A stretch of 41,006 nucleotides of DNA from Nitrospinota bacterium (GCA_015229165.1 JADGCD010000003.1:1-41006), one strand, 5' to 3'; counted from the first letter of the stretch, positions 7,561-17,063 are shown. Notes: generated by a model not told the origin, from the sequence alone. Made by a program: numbers and translations.

Positions 7561-8603
7561 TGTTCACGGAGTACATGAGCCCGGTCATCTTGCGACCGGA
7601 AGGATCGCGCACGACCCTGCTGACGGCGGCGCTCCTGGCGCTGGTTGGCCACGGATACGCCTCAAACGCTTCCGCCGCGGCGCCCGGCGTGCGGACCGTC
7701 GATCTGGTCTACGCCGTCGAGGTGACGGGCGCCCCGGTCGGCGCGGGGCCGGTCACCCTCTGGCTCCCCGTTCCCGGCGACGACGAGGACCAGACGACGC
7801 TCGACACCCGCATCGTCTCCCCCTACCCGGTGACGCTGACCAAAGAGACGGAGTACGGCAACCGGATGCTGGTGTTGACCACCGACCGTCTGGACAAAGA
7901 TTCGTTCGCCATCGAGGTCACCTACCGCATCCGCCGGACGGAACACCGGACCGATTTCGCCGCGACCGACGTCCGCGAATCCGTTAATCCCCGTTTCCGC
8001 GCCCCCAGCGCCCATGCGGTCATGAACGACGCGGTCCGCGGCATGGCCAAGGAGGCCGTCGGCGACCGGACTGACCCGCTGGATAAAGCCCGGGCGATCT
8101 ACGACTACGTTCTGGCCCACATGCGCTACGACAAAAGTGTGCCGGGGTGGGGCAAGGGGGACGTGAACCGCATCTGTCTCGCCATCGGCAAGGGGGAGAG
8201 CGGAGCGGGCAACTGCACCGACTTCCATTCGCTCTTCGCCTCGATGATGCAGGCGGAAGGGATTCCGGTGAAGTTCGAGATGGGCTATCCCCTGAAACCG
8301 GGGGAGGAGATGACCACGCCCAATCGGGGCGGCTACCACTGCTGGGCCCGCTTCTGGATCGAAGGAAAAGGGTGGATTCCCGTCGACATCTCCGAAGCGG
8401 CCAAAGATCCATCGAAGCGGGACTACTACTTTGGCGCGCTCTGCGAAAATCGTGTCCGGTTCAGCGTAGGCCGGGATATTGAACTGATTCCGCCGCAGAT
8501 CGGTGAACGGCTCAACTTCTTTGGACCCGACCCTTATATAGAGATCGGCGGCAAGCCGTTCGACGGTTTCTCCCGGACCGTCGCTTATAGAGACGTCGAG
8601 TGA
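7560..8603 (+). CDS. Exported transglutaminase-like (cysteine protease fold) protein
   Basis: ATG overlaps the upstream stop (TAATG); signal-like segment; triad GNCTDFHSLF / YHCWA / WIPVD. Start could be 7575. Confidence 0.85.
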   Translation: MFTEYMSPVILRPEGSRTTLLTAALLALVGHGYASNASAAAPGVRTVDLVYAVEVTGAPVGAGPVTLWLPVPGDDEDQTTLDTRIVSPYPVTLTKETEYGNRMLVLTTDRLDKDSFAIEVTYRIRRTEHRTDFAATDVRESVNPRFRAPSAHAVMNDAVRGMAKEAVGDRTDPLDKARAIYDYVLAHMRYDKSVPGWGKGDVNRICLAIGKGESGAGNCTDFHSLFASMMQAEGIPVKFEMGYPLKPGEEMTTPNRGGYHCWARFWIEGKGWIPVDISEAAKDPSKRDYYFGALCENRVRFSVGRDIELIPPQIGERLNFFGPDPYIEIGGKPFDGFSRTVAYRDVE

Positions 8604-8901
8604 TCCGGATCGTTCTTCATCGCGGCGTGCGGTTTGCGCCGCAACGGAAAGTCAACAACGCAGTCAAACAGGACGACCTTCACTCTCCCCGCCGCATTGG
8701 ACAGGTTAGCGGCGGCTCATCGAAGGTTTTCACCGTCCATTCAGTAAATACCTACCGTTTGCCCTATGGAGATTTTCCAAGGCGGAAGTGAGCTGAAACG
8801 AACAAAGCGCTTTATCGGATATTTTATACCCATCATTGACTGACAAGTCGACGCCAAAAGCTTTTCCACCCTGTTGTCGTCCACCCATTCCGAAGACACA
8901 C

Positions 8902-8937
8902 CTCCTGACATGTCAGCCCGCTCCTGACATGTCAGGA
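8902..8937. promoter_or_regulatory. Tandem palindromic operator (2x CTCCTGACATGTCAG), candidate bEBP enhancer
   Basis: 15-bp direct repeat at 8902-8916 and 8921-8935, each containing the palindrome CTGACATGTCAG. The second extends to the 16-bp TCCTGACATGTCAGGA. Confidence 0.65.
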
Positions 8938-9034
8938 AGATTCAGTCAATAAGCCTCGACATCTCTCCCCTCCTTTCAGTCGCAATCGACACCCTATCAG
9001 CCGCATGGGGCAATTCACCCTGACAGGCGACCAT

Positions 9035-9050
9035 CGGCGTACTAAATGCA
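9035..9050 (+). promoter_or_regulatory. sigma54 (-24/-12) promoter candidate
   Basis: CGGCGTACTAAATGCA with GG(9036-37)-N10-GC(9048-49), about 100 bp downstream of the tandem palindrome. Confidence 0.55.
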
Positions 9051-9203
9051 GTTACTCACGGTGTCGACTGTGTGACTGTCGAGCGTTTTCGCCAGCAGTC
9101 ACCAGGCGCAAATGAGAGGAGGAGAAGAGACCGTGACGGATTCCTTGGTCAATGCGTAGGTAAACAACGCAAATGTTTAGATGTCATCAGGCAGGAGGAC
9201 GCA

Positions 9204-9539
9204 GTGATACTAGCGACGTCGAAAATGATCGTAAAGGCGGAAAGACGGAGTGAGCTCCTGGAAGCGATGATGGGGATGCTGGAACCGGTCCGGGTCGAAA
9301 AAGGGTGTCTTGGCTATTCCCTCTGCGAAGACGTGGAAAACAAGAACGGGTTTCTTCTGCTGGAAGAATGGGAGACACAGGTTGATATCGAAAGACATAT
9401 TGCCCGTGAAAACCAGCGGCGTCTCCTTTCGCTCATGGACCTACTCAGCGAAGAACCGGTGATCCGGTATTACACCGTAACGAAAACGGCCGGAATGGAC
9501 CTCATAAAGCGGGTGTTCGAATCGCCCGATTCCCTTTAG
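9204..9539 (+). CDS. ABM-family (putative quinol) monooxygenase
   Basis: GGAGG RBS then GTG 9204; RVEKGCLGYSL..D.EN...LLEEWET....H is the ABM signature. Confidence 0.82.
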   Translation: MILATSKMIVKAERRSELLEAMMGMLEPVRVEKGCLGYSLCEDVENKNGFLLLEEWETQVDIERHIARENQRRLLSLMDLLSEEPVIRYYTVTKTAGMDLIKRVFESPDSL

Positions 9540-9594
9540 GAGAAACCCGATGACCATGACGGATATGCAATTACTCCGGAAAGGAGCATTCACG

Positions 9595-11508
9595 ATGAGA
9601 AGAATCAAAGCCTATACAGGTCTTGGCCTGTTCTTGACGCTCGCGCTCGCCATCGCGTCAGGTTGCGGCACAAATGGCGAGACCGGAAAGTGGCTGGACG
9701 GCTCCCGAGCCCCCGCGCCCACCGTGTCATTCACCCTGCCGCTCAACCTGGCGGTCAATGTGGCGACAAACACGCTGCTCACCGCCACCTTCAGCGAGGA
9801 GATGGACCCCGAGTCCATCAACACGACAACGTTTACCCTGATGAACGGCTCCGAAGTCATTTTGGGGACGGTCGGCTATGCGGGGGTGACTGCGGTCTTC
9901 ACCCCTGCGGTCGCGCTTTCGGACAGCACCACCTACACGGCGACGATCACGGTCGGCGCCAAATCGCGGGCCTATGGAACCAATCTCGATAACAACTACG
10001 TCTGGACCTTCACCACGGCGACTCCCGGCGGCGACATCCCGCCCGATATCACCCCGCCCATTCCCGGCCCCAATCCCGGTCCCTCGCCGGACCTGAGAGC
10101 CCCCCGGGTCACCTCCACGGTCCCCGCCAATCTGGCCACGGAGGTAGCGATCAATACGTCCATCATCGCGACGTTCAGCGAGGCGATGAACCCGCTGTCG
10201 CTTACCACCGCTAGCTTTACCGTGAAAAAGGGACTGGTCACGGTTCCGGGTACGGTTCTCCCCGTGGGGTTGACCGCGGTCTTTACTCCGAACGCCCCGC
10301 TTGACTCGAGCGCGGTCTATACCGCCACGATCACGACGGTCGCCGAGGATCTGGCCGGGAACAACCTAGCGGCCAACTATGTGTGGACCTTCACCACCGG
10401 CGCGCTGGTCGATATCATTCCCCCCACGGTGATCCTGACCGCCCCGCTGAACGGCGCCACCGGAGTGGCGATCAACACCAACGTCGTCGCGACCTTCAGC
10501 GAGGCGATGGCGCCCCTTTCCCTGACGCCCCTTACGTTTACGTTGCACAAGGGACTGGTTTCCATCGGGCATACGGTTCTTCCGCTGCTCGACGTGGCGA
10601 CCCTGAACCCCAGCGCCAACCTTGAGTACGACACGCTCTACACGGCCACCGTCACCGTCGGCGCAAAGGATCTGGCGAACAATGCGATGGTGGCGCCCTA
10701 TGTCTGGACGTTCAGGACCGCAGCGGCCCCGCCCGTCCTCTTCAACCTTGGGATTCTGGCGCCCTACGGCATCGCTTCGGCTGGTGGCGTCACCACCGGC
10801 GCGGCCCCGGTCAAGATCAACGGGAGCACGGTGCTGGATCCGCTCGACCAGTGCAACGCGGTAGCCGTCGGGGCCGCCGATGACTTCGGCCTCTGCGGTG
10901 GAAACCCGCCGCTGAACAACCTCCCGGGGGTCAGGGACTTTGTCATCACCCCCACTCACTCGGCGCCGGGGCCGGTCACTGCGGCTGCGGTGAAGGCTAC
11001 CTTGCTTACCAAGTGGGGAAACCTGTCTCCGGCCGGTCACCCGGGCGGGACGGTGCTGGGATGTGGAACCATCGGTAGCGCCGGAGGCGCGGGCGCCCTC
11101 ATCGGGTGCAACGGCAACTTCACGCTTCCCCCCGGAGTCTATATCTCCCAGACCTCATCGTCGATCGGTGTGGCGGGAAGCCTGGTTCTCGATGGCGGCG
11201 GCGATGCGAACGCCACCTTCATCTTCCAGGCGCCGTCATCGTTGACCACGGCGCCCAATACGACCATCACCTTGCAGAACGGGACCAAGGCCTCGAACGT
11301 CTGGTGGTACGTGGGGAGCTCGGCGACGCTCGGCTCGAATACCGCCTTTAAGGGAAACATCCTGGCTTCCGCCGCCATATCGATGGGAACCACCGCGACT
11401 TCGTGCGGGCGGCTCCTGTCGGGCGCGAGCGGAGCGGGGGCGTTCACCTTCCTGGGGAATACCGTGTCGGTGCCTGGCCATCCCAACGCGCCGGCCGGGT
11501 GCAACTAG
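9595..11508 (+). CDS. Lipoprotein with three Ig-like (Big_5) domains and a C-terminal DUF3494 ice-binding-like beta-solenoid
   Basis: AAGGAG before ATG 9595; lipobox ASGC; three repeats of P.V....P.N.A..VA.NT...ATFSE.M...YVWTF; C-terminal LPPGVY..LDGGGDANATFIFQ..ASNVWW.VGSSATLG..F.GNILA..GRLL. Confidence 0.88.
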   Translation: MRRIKAYTGLGLFLTLALAIASGCGTNGETGKWLDGSRAPAPTVSFTLPLNLAVNVATNTLLTATFSEEMDPESINTTTFTLMNGSEVILGTVGYAGVTAVFTPAVALSDSTTYTATITVGAKSRAYGTNLDNNYVWTFTTATPGGDIPPDITPPIPGPNPGPSPDLRAPRVTSTVPANLATEVAINTSIIATFSEAMNPLSLTTASFTVKKGLVTVPGTVLPVGLTAVFTPNAPLDSSAVYTATITTVAEDLAGNNLAANYVWTFTTGALVDIIPPTVILTAPLNGATGVAINTNVVATFSEAMAPLSLTPLTFTLHKGLVSIGHTVLPLLDVATLNPSANLEYDTLYTATVTVGAKDLANNAMVAPYVWTFRTAAAPPVLFNLGILAPYGIASAGGVTTGAAPVKINGSTVLDPLDQCNAVAVGAADDFGLCGGNPPLNNLPGVRDFVITPTHSAPGPVTAAAVKATLLTKWGNLSPAGHPGGTVLGCGTIGSAGGAGALIGCNGNFTLPPGVYISQTSSSIGVAGSLVLDGGGDANATFIFQAPSSLTTAPNTTITLQNGTKASNVWWYVGSSATLGSNTAFKGNILASAAISMGTTATSCGRLLSGASGAGAFTFLGNTVSVPGHPNAPAGCN

Positions 11509-11675
11509 AGGTTGAAGCGCCGTCGATGGAAGCTGGCGAAAGGAGCGGGTCGACAAAACGGTCGGCCCGCCCCCACCGCCCGAAGATGGCGGACTGAATG
11601 AAGACGCAAACGCCGGTTCCGGGCCGCTCGCCGGAAGAGTGAATGCATAACGCGGTTGTTGAAGGAGAAGAGATC

Positions 11676-12764
11676 ATGAAGAGAACTGAACGAATCGGGG
11701 CGCTGGCCATCGCGATGGCGCTGATGCTGCCCGGCGTATCCCAGGCGGAGATCAAGGCGAAATCGTGGGAGATCAGCCCCTTCGTCGGCTACAACTGGTT
11801 CGAGGCCGACCAGAATCTGAAGAACCAGGCCCTCGTCGGGGGGCGGCTCGGCTACAACTTCACCCGGCGCTTCGGGCTGGAGCTGGCGGTGGAGTATCTT
11901 GACACCACTCTTACGGACAAGGACAAAACCCGGTCGCAGAAGGGGCAGTTCGGAACACCCCATGAGTCGGTCAACATCACGTTTTACCATCTGGACGCGG
12001 TGTTTCATATCAGGCCGGACGGCGCTTTCAACCCGTTCCTGCTGGCCGGATTCGGCGGCGTCCATTACCGCCCCAGCATTTCGGTCGATGGGGTGGACAT
12101 GTCGGCGTTCAACTTCGGGCTCGGCGCCAAATGGGCCCTGACCGAAAACGTCGCTCTTCGCGGCGACCTGCGGGACAACATCGTCTCCGAAGTTATCCAG
12201 GAGGCGTATCACAACTATGGCGCGACGCTGGGTCTGACCTTCTCGTTCGGTGGTAACGATGACAAAGGCAAGCGCCAGGTGGCGGCTGCTCCGCTCAAGC
12301 CGGTCCCCGTCCGGCGAGCGCCGGTGATCATTCCGGTGGCGGAGCCGGAGGCGGAAAAGAAGGTGGTCGCCGTCGCAAAGCAGGCTGAGCCGGAAGAGGA
12401 AGTGGTCGTTCTCGCCTTTGAGGATATCCACTTCGACTTCGACAAAGCCACCCTTACCGAAGAGGCCCGCGCGATCCTGCGGCGCAACTTCCAGGTCCTC
12501 CGGGAAAACCCCAAGGCGCATGTGCGCGTCGCCGGATACACCTCCGCTTCGGGTACGGACGAGTACAACCAGAAGCTGAGCGAGCGGCGGGCCACCGCCG
12601 TGCGGACGTTCCTGGTGGAGGAAGGGATCGCCAAGCCCGACCGGCTGACCAAGATCGGCTATGGAGAGGACCACCCCGCCGAGTACGAATCGGCGCCCGG
12701 AAAGATTTACTCGAAAGCGGCCATGGCCAACATGCGGGTCCTTTTCGAGATCATCGTGGAGTGA
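11676..12764 (+). CDS. OmpA-family outer membrane protein (beta-barrel plus peptidoglycan-binding domain)
   Basis: Signal peptide, barrel strands (GGRLGYNF, FNFGLGAK), DIHFDFDKATL, YNQKLSERRATAV, IGYGE. Confidence 0.92.
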   Translation: MKRTERIGALAIAMALMLPGVSQAEIKAKSWEISPFVGYNWFEADQNLKNQALVGGRLGYNFTRRFGLELAVEYLDTTLTDKDKTRSQKGQFGTPHESVNITFYHLDAVFHIRPDGAFNPFLLAGFGGVHYRPSISVDGVDMSAFNFGLGAKWALTENVALRGDLRDNIVSEVIQEAYHNYGATLGLTFSFGGNDDKGKRQVAAAPLKPVPVRRAPVIIPVAEPEAEKKVVAVAKQAEPEEEVVVLAFEDIHFDFDKATLTEEARAILRRNFQVLRENPKAHVRVAGYTSASGTDEYNQKLSERRATAVRTFLVEEGIAKPDRLTKIGYGEDHPAEYESAPGKIYSKAAMANMRVLFEIIVE

Positions 12765-12842
12765 CACAGCGAGCGAACGCTCGACAGGGCGCCTGCGTGG
12801 GCGTTCTGCAACGACCTTAACCGCATTTATGGAGTATCCGAA

Positions 12843-13601
12843 ATGAACATGACGAAATGGCTTTGTGGCTCGGTGACGGCGGCGGCCGTCCTGCTGATGA
12901 CCGGCGGCGTCGCCAACGCCGGCGATATGGACAGCCGCATCGAGTCGTCCGCCAAACAGTCGTATGTCTTCAAGACCTACCTGAAGGACGACAACATCGT
13001 GGTCCAGTCGAAGGAAGGCGCCGTGACGCTGAACGGGGTGGTGGAGGAGGAGTTCCACAAGTCCCTGGCCGAGGAGACCGTCGCCGGATTGCCGGGAGTG
13101 ACCGGCGTGACCAACAACCTCCAGCTCAAGCAGTCCCCCCCGACCGCCAGCTCGGACGCCTGGATCAAAAACAAGGTGCGGGTGGCGCTTCTGTTCCACA
13201 GCAACGTGAACGCGTCGGCGACGGATGTCGAAGTGAAAGGGGGCGTCGTGACCCTGCGGGGCAAGGCCAACAGCCAGGCCCAGAAGGAGTTGACCGCCGA
13301 ATACGCCAATGACGTCGACGGCGTCAAGCGGGTCAGCAACGAAATGTCGGTGGTGACCGAGGCTCCGTCGAAGAAAACCGTGGGAGAGATCATCGATGAC
13401 GCCTCCATCAAGGCCCAGGTGAAGATGACGCTCCTTTTCCACCGCTCCACCAGCGCCCTGCACACGACCGTTTCGGTCATGCGCGGCGTGGTCACGGTCA
13501 GCGGAGAGGCCAAGAACGGCGCGGAAGTCGACCTGGTGACCAAGCTGGTGACCGATGTCTACGGCGTGACCGGTGTCGTCAACAAGATGTCAATCAAGTA
13601 A
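12843..13601 (+). CDS. BON-domain (OsmY-like) periplasmic protein with three BON domains
   Basis: Signal peptide; three repeats of D..I...V...G.VTL.G...GV..V.N. Confidence 0.9.
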   Translation: MNMTKWLCGSVTAAAVLLMTGGVANAGDMDSRIESSAKQSYVFKTYLKDDNIVVQSKEGAVTLNGVVEEEFHKSLAEETVAGLPGVTGVTNNLQLKQSPPTASSDAWIKNKVRVALLFHSNVNASATDVEVKGGVVTLRGKANSQAQKELTAEYANDVDGVKRVSNEMSVVTEAPSKKTVGEIIDDASIKAQVKMTLLFHRSTSALHTTVSVMRGVVTVSGEAKNGAEVDLVTKLVTDVYGVTGVVNKMSIK

Positions 13602-13675
13602 CGAACGCCACAGGTTCGTCTGCAAAAACGTGAGCGCCTCCCTCCTTCGGGAGGGGGGGCCACAAGGAGAAAACG

Positions 13676-13900
13676 ATGAGAGCAATGAGTCTTGCGGGAA
13701 TCCTGCTTCTGCTGATCGCCTTCGCCGCCTTTGCGTATCAGGGATTCACCTACACCACCAGCGAAGAGGTGATCGATGTCGGTCCGCTGCAGGTTTCGAA
13801 AGAGACCGACCACAGCGTTTCGCTGCCCCCCGTGGTGGGAGGGATCGCCCTCGTGGGGGGGGTGTTGCTGCTAGCCCTTGGCTACAAAAAGTCGGCGTGA
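13676..13900 (+). CDS. Small membrane protein (DUF3185-like)
   Basis: AAGGAG RBS; two TM helices flanking YTT.EEVIDVGPLQVSKE...LPPVVG. Confidence 0.75.
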   Translation: MRAMSLAGILLLLIAFAAFAYQGFTYTTSEEVIDVGPLQVSKETDHSVSLPPVVGGIALVGGVLLLALGYKKSA

Positions 13901-13956
13901 CGAAACGAATCAACACCTGACGACGACGATGTCGCAACTGCATTACGGAGGTCTTT

Positions 13957-14250
13957 ATGGCAAGTAACCGGGAAGCATACGAGAAGAAGTTCAACGCCCA
14001 GCTCAAAGAGTGGAGCGCCCAGATCGCGCTGCTCAAGGCCAAGGCGGTCAACGCCACGGCGGACGCGAACCTCGACTACCATCAGGCGGTCGAGTCGCTC
14101 CAGAAAAAGCGTGACGAGGCGTCCGCCAAGTATCACGAGCTCAAGTCCGCCAGCGACGACGCCTGGGACGACGTCAAAGGCGGCGCGGAACGGGCGTGGG
14201 AAGAGGTGAAAACCGCCTATCACGACGCGGTGTCCAAGTTCAAATCCTGA
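13957..14250 (+). CDS. Small coiled-coil stress-response protein (sll1863-like)
   Basis: GGAGG RBS; REAYEKK..AQLKEW.A.I..L.AKA...ELK.AS..AW..VK.G.E.AW pattern. Confidence 0.75.
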   Translation: MASNREAYEKKFNAQLKEWSAQIALLKAKAVNATADANLDYHQAVESLQKKRDEASAKYHELKSASDDAWDDVKGGAERAWEEVKTAYHDAVSKFKS

Positions 14251-14315
14251 CGGTCAGGCGTCTGAAAGGAGCGTGACACATGCGGTCATTGTTCAAACGA
14301 CGGGAGGGACAAGAC

Positions 14316-14465
14316 ATGCTCTGGACAATTTTTGTGGTGCTGGTGGCGCTCTGGGCTTTGGGCCTGGTGAGCAGCTACACCGTGGGAGGATTCATTCATA
14401 TCCTTCTCGTCATAGCGGGGATCATCCTTGTGATAAACCTGCTTCAGGGACGCGGGGGACTCTGA
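14316..14465 (+). CDS. lmo0937-family (DUF5670) small membrane protein
   Basis: GGAGG RBS; MLWTIFVVLVALWALGLVSSYTVGGFIHILLVIA matches the family signature. Confidence 0.85.
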   Translation: MLWTIFVVLVALWALGLVSSYTVGGFIHILLVIAGIILVINLLQGRGGL

Positions 14466-14665
14466 GAGCGGGCTGTTTCGGCGTCGGCCCCACCAGGGCA
14501 GACGCCGACGGCCCCCCGCGAGAGGGGCAAAGCGTTCAGTTTGCAGCGTATCAGCGCGATGAACGTTTCGCCGCTTTCGCCCCCCTTTGACGGATATAAA
14601 CAAACTGAAACTATTGGACGTCGATAGTTCGCGTTAAAACGAATGGCGCTTTAAATACTATACAT

Positions 14666-16393
14666 ATGACTTGTACTAACAATGACATACCCGGTAATTA
14701 CCCATTTGTCGAAATGATAAATATGCTACACTCGGAGTGTGGCGAACGCTCGCAGAAACTCTTGGGCGGCAGAAAGCGCGGGGATATGGCCAGACGAGGG
14801 GGCGACGAACTTGACACGATCGCCCAACATTACGACCGAAACGTTGCGACCGATCACGACGACATCGGCGCCGCGCCACGCCCGTTGCTGTCGGATATCT
14901 TTATGACGGATCGGATGGGAGAGTCCCGCCACGAGTTGGTGACCCGCTTGTCAGACGCAGGCGAGCGGGAGCGCCAGTTGCGCGACGCCGTCGCCGTCGC
15001 CGACGCGTCACGCGACAAATATCTCGCCTTCTACAATCATGCCCCGGTCGGATTTCTGACCCTCGACGACGCGGGGGTCGTTCAGGACGCCAACCCGGCG
15101 GCGGCGCGCCTCTGCGGCATGCCGACCCAGCGCCTCGCCAGACGGCCCTTCGTCCAACTCCTCTCTCCGGACGAACGCCCCCTTTTCGAATCGAAGTTCG
15201 ATCAACTCCGCGCCGACCGCACATCGGCCACGCTCGATGTTCACCTGACCGGCGGCGACAACGCGGCGCTTTTGGTCCATCTGGAGATCGACGCCACCTA
15301 TCGATCCGGCGGGGAATCGCCCGACTTCCACATGGTGATGCAAGACGTCACCCCGGCGCGGGACGCCGACGAACTGATACGCAAGACCTTTGCGGAAGTG
15401 AGCCTGCTTGAAAGCAAGTTGAAACAGGAGGGCCGCTCCCTGCCACGCGATATCGGCCAGGAGCATTCGCACAAAGACATCGTCGGCAACAGCGAGGCCC
15501 TGCGCGCCGTTTTGGAAATGGTGGAGCAGGTCGCCCCCACCGACAGCCGGGCCCTGATCCTGGGGGAGACCGGCAGCGGCAAGGAGCTGCTGGCGCAGGC
15601 GATCCACAATCTCAGCGCCCGCCGCGACCGGCCGATGATCACGGTCAACTGCGCCGCCCTTCCGCCGACGCTCATCGAAGGCGAACTGTTCGGCAGGGAG
15701 AAGGGGGCCTACACCGGCGCCCTTTCAAAACAGTTGGGACGGTTCGAGCTGGCGCACCGTTCGACCATTTTTCTGGATGAAATCGACAGCGTCCCCCTCG
15801 ATTTGCAGGCGAAATTCCTGCGGGTTCTGGAGTGCGGCCAGTTCGAGCGGCTGGGAAGCCCCCATGCGGTCAAGGTGGATGTCCGGGTCATCGCCGCCTC
15901 CAACCGAGACCTTGCGTTGGCGGTTCAGGAAGGGACGTTCCGCGAAGACCTTTACTACCGGCTGAACGTTTTCCAGATACAGGTTCCCCCGCTTCGGGAG
16001 CGGCGTGAAGACATCATGCCGCTGGTCTGGTCTTTCATCGACTATTTCGGCAAGCGGATGGGAAAGCGTATCGAGTCGATCCCGAAACAGACGGCGCTGG
16101 CGATGCAAACCTATCCGTGGCCCGGGAACATCCGCGAGTTGAAGAACATGGTGGAGCGGGCAATGATCATCTCCACCGGGCCGCAACTGCACCTGGATGT
16201 CCCGCTGGTCGTCCGGGCGGCGTCCGGTTCGCGGACGCTGGACGAAATGGAGCGGGATCATATCATCGACGCCCTCGCCACCTGCGGAGGGCGCGTCAGC
16301 GGAACGGGGGGCGCCGCCGAGATATTGGGAATCAATCCGAAGACGCTCGGCTCCCGGATGGTCAAACACGGGATCAAGCGGAACAATACGTAA
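14666..16393 (+). CDS. PAS-domain sigma54-dependent transcriptional activator (bEBP)
   Basis: PAS (YNHAPVGFLTLD), Walker A GETGSGKE, ELFG..KGAYTGA, FLDEI, DLYYRLNVF, WPGNIREL, Fis-type HTH. True start is probably downstream of 14666. Confidence 0.92.
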   Translation: MTCTNNDIPGNYPFVEMINMLHSECGERSQKLLGGRKRGDMARRGGDELDTIAQHYDRNVATDHDDIGAAPRPLLSDIFMTDRMGESRHELVTRLSDAGERERQLRDAVAVADASRDKYLAFYNHAPVGFLTLDDAGVVQDANPAAARLCGMPTQRLARRPFVQLLSPDERPLFESKFDQLRADRTSATLDVHLTGGDNAALLVHLEIDATYRSGGESPDFHMVMQDVTPARDADELIRKTFAEVSLLESKLKQEGRSLPRDIGQEHSHKDIVGNSEALRAVLEMVEQVAPTDSRALILGETGSGKELLAQAIHNLSARRDRPMITVNCAALPPTLIEGELFGREKGAYTGALSKQLGRFELAHRSTIFLDEIDSVPLDLQAKFLRVLECGQFERLGSPHAVKVDVRVIAASNRDLALAVQEGTFREDLYYRLNVFQIQVPPLRERREDIMPLVWSFIDYFGKRMGKRIESIPKQTALAMQTYPWPGNIRELKNMVERAMIISTGPQLHLDVPLVVRAASGSRTLDEMERDHIIDALATCGGRVSGTGGAAEILGINPKTLGSRMVKHGIKRNNT

Positions 16394-16435
16394 GTAGCTC
16401 CCCGCCCATCTCCGATCGCCCGGCGCCGTTTCACC

Positions 16436-16981
16436 TTAGCGGGCGCCGCACAACACTTCGGGCTCGACGCACACGTTGTTCGCCGCGTCCCCCATCCATA
16501 TCTGTCCGTCCTGGATGGTGCATTGCAGGGTCATGGTCTTGCCGACCAGCTTCTCCAGCGAGCGGGTGGCGGTCAGGGGAATGTCCACCACGGTGAGGTT
16601 CTGATGGCCCGCCAGTTTCTCCGCCATCGGGCGCCACCAGAGGGGAACCGACCGGCCGCCATAGGCGTAGACATACACCCGTTGGGCCCGGTTGCAGGCC
16701 TTCCTGATCCGCCGCTCGTCGGGGAGCCCCACCTCGATCCACTTCTCGATCTCGCCCGACAGGCTCCTGCTCCACATGTCCGGTTCGTCCTTGGCGGCGA
16801 TCCCTTCGGTGAACGTCAGCCCGTCGGCGGCGTTCAGGGCGAAGGCGAGCAGGCGGACCACCGTCCGCTCGTCCGTTTCGGAGGGGTGCTGGGCGATGGT
16901 CAGCTTGTGGTCGTCGTAATACCCCCGGTCGATGTCGGCGACATGGAGGGTGGCTTTGAGTATGGTCGGCTTGAGGGCCAT
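16436..16981 (-). CDS. yaeQ: YaeQ family protein
   Basis: MALKPTILKA.L..ADIDR.YY....LT.AQHPSETDER..RLLAF, DEPD.W, WIEVGLPDE.RIRKAC. Start corrected to 16981. Confidence 0.92.
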   Translation of the reverse strand: MALKPTILKATLHVADIDRGYYDDHKLTIAQHPSETDERTVVRLLAFALNAADGLTFTEGIAAKDEPDMWSRSLSGEIEKWIEVGLPDERRIRKACNRAQRVYVYAYGGRSVPLWWRPMAEKLAGHQNLTVVDIPLTATRSLEKLVGKTMTLQCTIQDGQIWMGDAANNVCVEPEVLCGAR

Positions 16982-17063
16982 GGATTTCCTTTGCATTCCC
17001 GGAACGCCCCCGGCCACAGGGCTTTCGTCAAAAAGCCGAACCGCCCGTTGCGCCCGGCGGCGC

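Noticed and set aside
9700-10730. Repeated DNA segments as a CRISPR array or tandem repeat
   Set aside because: They are the three in-frame Ig-like protein repeats, not repeat-spacer units.
11505-13463. Long antisense ORFs (also 33271..35595, 17762..19330, 20354..22195, 30697..32484, 35643..37418)
   Set aside because: Shadow frames of high-GC genes that have clear motifs on the opposite strand; they show no domain signatures of their own.
13636-13660. C(UUCG)G hairpin between the BON and DUF3185-like genes as a terminator or ncRNA
   Set aside because: It has no U tract and lies inside an apparent operon; at most an mRNA stability element.
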